In this document: positions 46,784-53,969 of the stretch, in pieces
Position numbering within the stretch: the first letter of the stretch is position 1
Layout of the letters: the number at the start of each line of letters is the position of its first letter
Assembly: GCA_017631895.1 (NCBI GenBank)
Contig: JAGBSK010000035.1
Span: forward strand, 1 to 60,103
Reading direction: 5' to 3'
Length of the DNA: 60,103 nucleotides
DNA from: Alphaproteobacteria bacterium
GTDB taxonomy: Bacteria; Pseudomonadota; Alphaproteobacteria; Rs-D84
The notes under the pieces: model-generated
Told to the model about the DNA's origin: nothing
What the model saw: the letters and a program-made list of their open reading frames with translations, nothing else
The model's database searches: none
Translations under genes and position numbers: made by a program

Positions 46784-46784
46784 C

Positions 46785-46812
46785 AAAAACCGCCAAACGG
46801 CGGTTTATTTTT
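46785..46812. terminator. bidirectional intrinsic terminator (fabZ / nth)
   Basis: AAAAA-CCGCC-AAAC-GGCGG-TTTATTTTTTT. The nth stop codon lies in the T-run. Confidence 0.75.
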
Positions 46813-47443
46813 TTGCAACGGGGCACCATTTTGCGACGGGGCATTTGGCGCATTCGGGTCGCAGCGCTTTACAGATGTATCGTCCATGCAACACCATTAC
46901 ATGATTGACAATTGGATGATATTTTTTTGGTATTTTTTTTAACAGTTTTAATTCAACTTTTTCAGGCGTATTGTCTGTGTCATCCACCCAGCCATATCGG
47001 TGTGCATTGCGAAACACATGCGTATCAACACCGATATTTGGCGCATGCCACAAAACATTACAGACGACATTTGCCGTTTTCTGGCCAATACCGGGTAATT
47101 TCATCAATTCATCGCGGTTGTGGTATTTGTCTGGGAATGTGTCGGTCATATTTTCCGCCACCAGACGTTCCGCCAGGGCGATTATGTTTTTCGCCTTGTT
47201 ATTAAAGAACGATATTACTTTGATATGTTCTTTTAGCCCGTCAATACCCAATTCCAACATTCTTTGTGGTGTGGGGGCAACGGCAAATAATGCTGGGGTG
47301 ACCTCGTTCACCTTTTTATCTGTTGCCTGGGCGGATAAAATCACAGCCACCGCAAAGTTAAATTCATTGGTATGATACAGTTCCGACCGTATTGTCATAT
47401 CTACGGTCGGAGGAACCAATTCAAAATATTGTGCCGGTGTCAT
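46805..47443 (-). CDS. nth: endonuclease III
   Basis: 212-aa ORF. HhH-GPD LPGIGQKTANVV, catalytic Lys/Asp region, C-terminal 4Fe-4S cluster CKALRPECAKCPVAKWC. Confidence 0.93.
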   Translation of the reverse strand: MTPAQYFELVPPTVDMTIRSELYHTNEFNFAVAVILSAQATDKKVNEVTPALFAVAPTPQRMLELGIDGLKEHIKVISFFNNKAKNIIALAERLVAENMTDTFPDKYHNRDELMKLPGIGQKTANVVCNVLWHAPNIGVDTHVFRNAHRYGWVDDTDNTPEKVELKLLKKIPKKYHPIVNHVMVLHGRYICKALRPECAKCPVAKWCPVAKK

Positions 47444-47700
47444 TATTTTAATTTCTGTAATTGTTGTAATGCCAACTCTTCTATAATCTTTTTGTTTTGT
47501 TCCAAGATTTTTAGATTTTGCTCCTTTACAGCACGCAAACTGTCCAGCATTGCAAACTCTTTATTATCCAAAGACAATTTGCGTGAACACCAATTAGCAG
47601 CATGGCATTCACACGGACATACCCGTTGCCCATTTTGTTCGCATTTATATGTGTTATATTTTTCTGGGTAAAAATATTTTTCACAATAATTTTTTGCCAT
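47443..47700 (-). CDS. small Cys-rich plus coiled-coil protein, function unknown
   Basis: 85-aa ORF. 6 Cys in the first 40 aa (CEKY..CEQNGQRVCPCECHAANWC), then heptad-like LDSLRAVKEQNLKILEQNKKIIEELALQQLQKL. Its stop overlaps the nth start, and its start is 16 nt after the ileS stop. Confidence 0.4.
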   Translation of the reverse strand: MAKNYCEKYFYPEKYNTYKCEQNGQRVCPCECHAANWCSRKLSLDNKEFAMLDSLRAVKEQNLKILEQNKKIIEELALQQLQKLK

Positions 47701-47715
47701 AACTTATCCTTTTTA

Positions 47716-50700
47716 TTAAGCCTTTTTAACAGAAATCGCCAGGTTATAGCCTTCGATTTCGGTTTCGTATTCGCCGTCGCCCGCAACCATTTCGACAATC
47801 AGCGCTTCGTGCATGATGCGTTTTTTATGGGCTTCCAGCGCGTTTGCCAGGGCCGGATCCGCAGAATACGTCAAAACAATGCGGTCAGATACGTCCAGAT
47901 TCGTTGCCTTGCGCGTGTCTTGGATAAAGCGCAGGGCATCGTTCGCCAACCCTTCGGCGACCAATTCTGAATTAACATCTGTGTCCAGTACAACAACCGC
48001 CGTATTATCCGGCAATGCCGCACCAGATACACCATCACGCATGGTCAGACGCATTTCAAATTCGTCTGCGTTCAATTCATGACCCGCGGCAATCAATTTG
48101 TCGCCCACCAATTCATAATCACCATGTTTGACAGATGGGATGATTTCTTTTAACGCACCACCCAGGCGTGCGCCGATTTTTGGTGTAATCAGGTACACAA
48201 AACTGTCTGCGATGTCACCAAACGATTCTTTGAACACAACCGATTTTACATTCAGTTCATCCTGGATGATATCTGCGTATTCCGGCATATTCACACCCGC
48301 CACCGTCAAAGAATTTAATGGCAGACGGTTGCGCAATTTATATGTTTCGCGCAGTTGCTTGCCGGTGGATACAATCATTTGTACGCGACGCATATCGTCT
48401 ACAATTTTCGTATCGGCAGAAACCGCCGCAGGGAAAGTTGTCAAATGTACAGATTCTTCGCCCGTCAGGTTGGTATAGATGTATTCTGATACAAATGGCG
48501 CAAACGGTGCCAGAATGCGACAGAAACGCGTCAGAACCGTGTACAGGGTATCAAATGCCGCCTGTTCTTCGTCCCAGAAGCGTGCGCGACCACGACGGAT
48601 GTACCAATTGTTCAAAACGTCCAGGAAGCGTACAAATTCTTTGACCGCCGCATCCGGTTTATATTCAGTCAACGCATCACGAACCGTGTCCGTCAGCATA
48701 TTCAATTCCGCCAAGATATATTTATCCAGCGGATTTGTTGGCGCAGTCATTTCGTGTGCGGTAACATTGCCCGCATTCGCGTACAATGTAAAGAAGTGAT
48801 ACGCGTTCCACAAAGGTGTCTGGATTGTTTTTGTGGATTCTACGAATACTTTACCTTCTTTATCAACGGGAACGGGTTCTGCCTTCATAAAATTAGAGCC
48901 CAAGATATACAAACGCACAGCGTCTGCACCGTACTGTTCAATTTGGTCGGCGGGGTTCACAAAATTGCGCAGGGATTTCGAGAACTTCTTTTTATTTTCG
49001 TCCACAACCATACCATTGGCAGATACCGCCATAAACGCAGGCTTATCAAACAATGCCGTCGCCAATACCATCAGCGCATAGAACCAACCACGGGTCTGAT
49101 CCTGGCCTTCGATAATATAGTCCGCAGGGAAAGTCGCATTGAACTTTTCTACATTTTCAAACGGATAGTGTAATGACGCCCAGGGCATAGAACCTGATTC
49201 AACCCAGCAATCCAATACGTCTGGGATGCGTGTCCAGCCATCCTTGGTTAACTTGTCCAATGTTGGACGATGCAGGTCGTCAACCGTAACACCAAAGAAT
49301 TCTTCCAATTCTGCGATTGAACCAAATACTTTGTATTCGCCATCACGTTCCCAGATTGGTAATGGCATACCCCAGAAACGGTTGCGCGAAATTGACCAAG
49401 GACGTGCGCCTTCTATCCACATACGGAAACGTTCACCAGCCGACGTCCAATTAACTTTTTTATTGTTTGCCAATAATTTGTCTTTGATTTTTGGAACATC
49501 AATGTACCAAGAATCGGTTGCACGCTGGATTAACTTTTCTTTGCTGCGGTCGCCAAATGGATATGAATGTTTATACTGTTCTTTTTTAACCAATTTGCCA
49601 TTCGTTTTTAACCAATCCATGATTTTTGGTGTCGCCGCAAAGATGTTTTCGCCAGCAAAGTCCAAAACAGTTTCATCAAAATTACCATATGTGTCAACGT
49701 TCAATAATACCGGGAATTTTGGGTCAATGTTTTTTGCCGCCCAAAAGTCTTCTGCGCCATAGGCCGGTGCAATATGTACGATACCCGTACCGTCGGAATC
49801 AGAAACATAGTCCGCAGGGATGATTTGATACAACAAATCAGACGTTCCCGCATAGTATGGGAACAATGGCGCGTAATGCATACCCGCCAGATCTGCGCCT
49901 GTGATACGTCCCACTTCGGTTGCGTTGGCGAATTGTTTTTCATATGCCTTTAGACGCGATTCTGCGATTACATATACTGCACCGTCGCTGTCCTGCATGC
50001 GCAGATATGTCATATTCGGATTTACCGCCAATGCAGAATTCGCAGGCAATGTCCATGGCGTTGTTGTCCATGCGATTGCGCGGTCACCATTTTCTAATTC
50101 AAACCAAACCGTTACCGCATCATCAACAATTTCACGATAATCCTGGGACGCTTCGGAATTAGATACAACCGTGCCATTTACCCAGTCGTATGGATTCACG
50201 CTGTAATCTTTGTACAACAGACCCCGTTCATACAGGCTTTTCAATGTCCACAGCATGGATTCCATATAATTTTTATCCATGGTTTTATACCCATAGCCGT
50301 CGCCAATATCAACCCAGCGACCCATACGGGTAATAAACGCGTTCCATTCGTTGGTGTATGTCATAACGTCTGTGCGACACATGTCGCAAAATGCGGCAAT
50401 ACCGTCGGTGGCAACAATATCTTTGGCGGGACGCGCCTGTTTCTTTTCAACGGAATTTTCCGCCGGCAAACCGTGGCAATCCCAACCCAACTCACGCGAT
50501 ACGTGGCGACCAGACATTGTCTGAAAACGCGCAACCATATCTTTGACAACGGACACGCCCAAATGCCCCCAATGCGGCAGACCGTTTGCAAATGGGGGAC
50601 CGTCATAGAACGAAAAAGGACGACCGGATTTTGTTTTATCCAGCGATTTATGAAAAGTGTTTTCGGTTGCCCACTTGGACAACATTTGCTGTTCCAGTGC

Positions 50701-50739
50701 GGTAAAGTCTGGGCGAGCATCAGTCTTTGTGTACGTCAT
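47716..50739 (-). CDS. ileS: isoleucyl-tRNA synthetase, type 2 (eukaryote-like)
   Basis: 1007-aa ORF. FSFYDGPPFANGLPHWGHLGVSVVKD...GWDCHGLP (type-2 HIGH region, compare eukaryotic FYDGPPFATGLPHYGH). KMSKS variant KKFSKSLRN. No type-1 C-terminal Zn-finger pattern seen. Confidence 0.95.
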   Translation of the reverse strand: MTYTKTDARPDFTALEQQMLSKWATENTFHKSLDKTKSGRPFSFYDGPPFANGLPHWGHLGVSVVKDMVARFQTMSGRHVSRELGWDCHGLPAENSVEKKQARPAKDIVATDGIAAFCDMCRTDVMTYTNEWNAFITRMGRWVDIGDGYGYKTMDKNYMESMLWTLKSLYERGLLYKDYSVNPYDWVNGTVVSNSEASQDYREIVDDAVTVWFELENGDRAIAWTTTPWTLPANSALAVNPNMTYLRMQDSDGAVYVIAESRLKAYEKQFANATEVGRITGADLAGMHYAPLFPYYAGTSDLLYQIIPADYVSDSDGTGIVHIAPAYGAEDFWAAKNIDPKFPVLLNVDTYGNFDETVLDFAGENIFAATPKIMDWLKTNGKLVKKEQYKHSYPFGDRSKEKLIQRATDSWYIDVPKIKDKLLANNKKVNWTSAGERFRMWIEGARPWSISRNRFWGMPLPIWERDGEYKVFGSIAELEEFFGVTVDDLHRPTLDKLTKDGWTRIPDVLDCWVESGSMPWASLHYPFENVEKFNATFPADYIIEGQDQTRGWFYALMVLATALFDKPAFMAVSANGMVVDENKKKFSKSLRNFVNPADQIEQYGADAVRLYILGSNFMKAEPVPVDKEGKVFVESTKTIQTPLWNAYHFFTLYANAGNVTAHEMTAPTNPLDKYILAELNMLTDTVRDALTEYKPDAAVKEFVRFLDVLNNWYIRRGRARFWDEEQAAFDTLYTVLTRFCRILAPFAPFVSEYIYTNLTGEESVHLTTFPAAVSADTKIVDDMRRVQMIVSTGKQLRETYKLRNRLPLNSLTVAGVNMPEYADIIQDELNVKSVVFKESFGDIADSFVYLITPKIGARLGGALKEIIPSVKHGDYELVGDKLIAAGHELNADEFEMRLTMRDGVSGAALPDNTAVVVLDTDVNSELVAEGLANDALRFIQDTRKATNLDVSDRIVLTYSADPALANALEAHKKRIMHEALIVEMVAGDGEYETEIEGYNLAISVKKA

Positions 50740-50761
50740 GTTTTGTCCTGTTTTTTATACT

Positions 50762-50783
50762 AAAAAAGGCGCCCATGCGCCCC
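50762..50783 (-). terminator. attenuator terminator in the ileS leader
   Basis: Minus strand GGGGCGC-AUGG-GCGCCUU embedded in a U6 run, 22 nt before the ileS ATG. Confidence 0.5.
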
Positions 50784-50810
50784 AGCCACCGTGCGAAGCG
50801 CAGTGCAGCC

Positions 50811-50843
50811 TTATTTAATAATAATTATTGTTGTTTGTTTCAT
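50811..50843 (-). CDS. candidate ileS leader peptide MKQTTIIIIK
   Basis: ATG AAA CAA ACA ACA ATA ATT ATT ATT AAA TAA. Four consecutive Ile codons. Lies between promoter-like hexamers and the terminator hairpin. There is no SD, so translation would have to be leaderless or nearly so. Confidence 0.4.
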   Translation of the reverse strand: MKQTTIIIIK

Positions 50844-50851
50844 CGGTGTAC

Positions 50852-50880
50852 AGATTACAACGGATTTATTAAGATTGCAA
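50852..50880 (-). promoter_or_regulatory. promoter candidate for the ileS leader
   Basis: TTGCAA-N17-TAATCT (alternatively N15-TGTAAT) on the minus strand, 8 nt upstream of the mini-ORF ATG. Confidence 0.4.
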
Positions 50881-50891
50881 GTACATATAAT

Positions 50892-50918
50892 AAAAAATCC
50901 CCCGACTGGGGGATTTTT
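50892..50918 (-). terminator. skp intrinsic terminator
   Basis: A6-TCCCCC-GACT-GGGGGA-TTTTT just after the skp stop. Confidence 0.75.
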
Positions 50919-50921
50919 GGT

Positions 50922-51587
50922 TTAGAAACCTTTTGGGTTTTCCATTTTGACCTTGGATACTTTTTTATCCAGCGCCTTAATCACTTCGTCTGTGATGTCC
51001 AGGTTGGCAACGTCCGCACCTGTGCGCGCCATACGACCGTCAATTACCAGGGACAATTTCTTTTTCGCGATAATGCCTTCGATTACTGGGTCCAGGTGTT
51101 TTGTCTGAACTTCGTTCAATGCCTTTTGATAAGACATTTCAATCGACTGGGCACGTTCTGTCAAATCACGTTGCAATTTTGTAACCTTGTTTTGATAGTC
51201 AACAACGCGACGTTGTAAAGCCTCACGCGATAAAACATCCTGGGACTTTTCAATTTCTGCCTTTTCTTTTTCCAGCGCCTTTTGGTCGCGGGTCAATTCA
51301 TCACGCAGGGAATTTTCATATTTTTCCTTTTGTGCACGCAGGTCTTTTAATGCGGTGGCTGTACCCTGAATTGCGTCCATACGAACAACAGCAATGCGCA
51401 AGTTAGCACCATTTGCGGCATCTTCGCTGACAACCGCGACAGCATCCGATACAGATGCACCAGAATTAGAATTCAAAGCACGCACCGCCCAAACACCCAA
51501 CACCGCAACCGCAATAACAATTGCCGCGATAATGCCGGTCTTTTTATAATTTTTTACAACTTGGTTTTCTGATGATTTTTTTACCAT
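50922..51587 (-). CDS. skp: OmpH/Skp-family periplasmic chaperone
   Basis: 221-aa ORF. N-terminal anchor or signal. Long charged coiled-coil (LRAQKEKYENSLRDELTRDQKALEKEKAEIEKSQ...). C-terminal LSLVIDG pattern. Confidence 0.75.
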   Translation of the reverse strand: MVKKSSENQVVKNYKKTGIIAAIVIAVAVLGVWAVRALNSNSGASVSDAVAVVSEDAANGANLRIAVVRMDAIQGTATALKDLRAQKEKYENSLRDELTRDQKALEKEKAEIEKSQDVLSREALQRRVVDYQNKVTKLQRDLTERAQSIEMSYQKALNEVQTKHLDPVIEGIIAKKKLSLVIDGRMARTGADVANLDITDEVIKALDKKVSKVKMENPKGF

Positions 51588-51648
51588 TTTTCCATCCTTT
51601 GATTTTGTTATGAACGTACTATAACAACAAATATGTGAAAGTAAAACA

Positions 51649-51677
51649 GAAAAAATCCCCGAGAACGGGGATTTTTA
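51649..51677 (-). terminator. intrinsic terminator of the 445-aa orphan gene
   Basis: A6-TCCCCG-AGAA-CGGGGA-TTTTTA. The stop codon lies in the T-run. Confidence 0.7.
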
Positions 51678-53012
51678 TTTTTGGTGGGCGCCATATTTTT
51701 CCAGAATTTTCATCTGGGTCGCGGTTGGCTTTATCGATTTCTTGATTTTACTAAATGTTTCCGGGGTTGGAATAACCGCAAAATCACGCGCCATCTTCAA
51801 TTCGTTATCCAGCACAACAACACCAGACACATTGTCGCCCGACGCAATGCGCGCGGCCGCCACCGCCAGTTCGGCACGAACCTTGTCCTTTTGTGGTTTT
51901 GGTGCATCTGGCAGTCCAAACGTTTCCGCCATGTGCCTTGCCTGACGTCCATCTTTGACAAGTCCATGCAAACGACGGACAAATTCTGTTACCTTTTTAT
52001 TATTTTTGAATTTGTTATAATGTGGCGCCAATGTGTCATACATCATGCGAATAATTTCCTGGTTCGCATAGCCATCACCCAACGTTTTATTCAATTCCGT
52101 CATAAATGGTGTAATGTCGCGTTTCGCGGCAATTATGCGTTCCATACGACGAATAACCTGTAATGCGTTGCCATAATTTTGCATTGCGTTCCAACCAACA
52201 ACCTGGATAAAATCGGAATCAGACAGTCCGTCCGCAGATTTTTGACCGGTTTCTGATATAAATATTCCCATATTTCCGGTCTTTTTATAGTATTTATATT
52301 CCAGCGCATCGCGCAACATATCATCAACCGCGCGAGCAATAACATTGTCCACACGCGCGTCAGAATGGTCTATTTTTGGACGAGCGCGCAGAATCATATC
52401 TTTGTAATCGCGACCCTCGGTATTAGCGGCATCGTATGAAATAACCCAATTACGCTGGGACGCAAATTCACGCATACGATTTACAACTGGTCTGGGTAAT
52501 TTTGCGATGTCTTGTTTGATTTGTTTGTGCGAAACACCACGTGCAAAATCGTGCGCCACCGCCGAGAAAGGATACTTTTCCCCCGTCAAAATCGCACGAA
52601 CGCCCGCAGGTTCAAATTTAGACAATGCCAATAAAGCCTGATGATAATATTCGGCATTTTTCATTCTCAGATAAAAATCTTCGTTGGCATCTATGTCCGA
52701 TGCGATGGAAGCATCAAATGCGCGATACTGATTGTTTTCATCTATGAACTTTTTAATTTTCTTGTTGGCATCTTCGGGCTTTTCATCAGCACGGAAAGAA
52801 ACCTTGGCCACACGGTCCGCTATGTATTTTTCTGCGTCTGCCAATGTGTTTTGTATATTTTTATAATCACGGGCCTGCCCGCGCGACTGAGCATAACTGT
52901 ACGCATAGCGGCCGTACATAGAATTGGCATGAACAACGATTAATTCCAGTTCGCTGTATGCATTTCCATGACTTGCTATGTAATAACTTTTCCCGAATTT
53001 ATACTGAATCAT
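51675..53012 (-). CDS. hypothetical 445-aa soluble protein, no recognisable domain
   Basis: Long ORF with ordinary composition. ATG 53012 (MIQYKFGK) preceded by GGGGGAAAA. Own terminator. No signal peptide or TM segment. Confidence 0.6.
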   Translation of the reverse strand: MIQYKFGKSYYIASHGNAYSELELIVVHANSMYGRYAYSYAQSRGQARDYKNIQNTLADAEKYIADRVAKVSFRADEKPEDANKKIKKFIDENNQYRAFDASIASDIDANEDFYLRMKNAEYYHQALLALSKFEPAGVRAILTGEKYPFSAVAHDFARGVSHKQIKQDIAKLPRPVVNRMREFASQRNWVISYDAANTEGRDYKDMILRARPKIDHSDARVDNVIARAVDDMLRDALEYKYYKKTGNMGIFISETGQKSADGLSDSDFIQVVGWNAMQNYGNALQVIRRMERIIAAKRDITPFMTELNKTLGDGYANQEIIRMMYDTLAPHYNKFKNNKKVTEFVRRLHGLVKDGRQARHMAETFGLPDAPKPQKDKVRAELAVAAARIASGDNVSGVVVLDNELKMARDFAVIPTPETFSKIKKSIKPTATQMKILEKYGAHQK

Positions 53013-53073
53013 ATTTTCCCCCGCTGTTTTTTCAGGCACAATTGTATCATAAAACAGCAATAATTTTTATAAT

Positions 53074-53096
53074 AAAAAATCCCGCCATGCGGGATT
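53074..53096 (-). terminator. tRNA-Thr intrinsic terminator
   Basis: Minus strand UCCCGC-AUG-GCGGGA followed by U6, 6 nt after the tRNA CCA end. Confidence 0.7.
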
Positions 53097-53101
53097 AATG
53101 T

Positions 53102-53177
53102 GTGGTGCCGGTGATAGGACTTGAACCTACGACCCCCTCATTACGAATGAGATGCTCTACCAGCTGAGCTACACCGG
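53102..53177 (-). tRNA. tRNA-Thr (anticodon CGU), CCA encoded
   Basis: Reverse complement GCCGGTG-TA-GCTC-AGCTGGTA-GAGC-A-TCTCA-TTCGTAA-TGAGG-GGGTC-GTAGG-TTCAAGT-CCTAT-CACCGGC-A-CCA folds as a canonical 76-nt cloverleaf. Confidence 0.93.
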
Positions 53178-53294
53178 CGTGCGAGGATGACTATAATGCA
53201 TTCCCAGAATAAATTCCAGTAGTTTTTTTAATTTTTTGGTATTTGATTTTGGTTATTCGTTGGGTATAATTTCCTGGACAACAAAGGATAACAC

Positions 53295-53939
53295 ATGAAA
53301 AAATTTTTACTGTCTTGTTTGTTGATTTTTGCTTTGCCGTGTACCGTAATGGCGGAAGAAACCCAATCGCAAGAAAATGAAACCACACAAATAGAAGTAG
53401 AAGAAAATATCATCGTTCCAGATGAATACATGTATCCTGAGTTATATATAAACCCAACAAATGAACAACTGTTTATTGAGTATAATATTGCGCTGTATTC
53501 AAATACAGAAGTTGAAATAACAGATATGGATGACATTGATATAACACAACTGAATTCTGATGGTCGTATGTCTTTGTCTGTTGGTATAGAAACAGAATCT
53601 GTTCGTTTTGCCGTGTCGCCCAGTTTTCAAACCGAAGAAAATGTTGAGTTGGGTTCAATTGATTTGTCGTTGGATTTTATGCCAAAACGCGACCGCGTTT
53701 CCCCATTTTTGGGCATACATGTCGGATTTAATTGGATTGACGCAGAAGATTACGATATATCAGAAACCGCAATGGGCTATGGTATGCATGCTGGAATCTT
53801 GTACGATATTGCCGATAATTTATTCTTTAAGTTGGCCTTGGGATTCAGTGTTGTCGAGTTTGAATTAGATGATTATGATGATGTAAATATTGAAATTTCA
53901 GGATTTAATATAACAACCGGATTTGGTTTTAGATTTTAA
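53295..53939 (+). CDS. small outer-membrane beta-barrel protein (OmpA-like/OMP_b-brl type)
   Basis: 214-aa ORF. Signal peptide MKKFLLSCLLIFALPCTVMA. Acidic N-terminal region. Alternating-hydrophobic strands. C-terminal GFGFRF with terminal Phe. TTGATT-N16-TATAAT upstream. Confidence 0.65.
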   Translation: MKKFLLSCLLIFALPCTVMAEETQSQENETTQIEVEENIIVPDEYMYPELYINPTNEQLFIEYNIALYSNTEVEITDMDDIDITQLNSDGRMSLSVGIETESVRFAVSPSFQTEENVELGSIDLSLDFMPKRDRVSPFLGIHVGFNWIDAEDYDISETAMGYGMHAGILYDIADNLFFKLALGFSVVEFELDDYDDVNIEISGFNITTGFGFRF

Positions 53940-53969
53940 GAAAATACCGCCCAAATGGGCGGTGTTTTA
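53940..53969. terminator. bidirectional intrinsic terminator (OMP gene / mnmG)
   Basis: AAAAT-ACCGCCC-AAAT-GGGCGGT-GTTTTA. Confidence 0.75.

Noticed and set aside
51588-53294. Genomic island or prophage remnant at tRNA-Thr
   Set aside because: There is no integrase, no recombinase and no direct repeat of the tRNA 3' end. A single orphan gene with a normal-looking promoter and terminator is not enough to call a mobile element.
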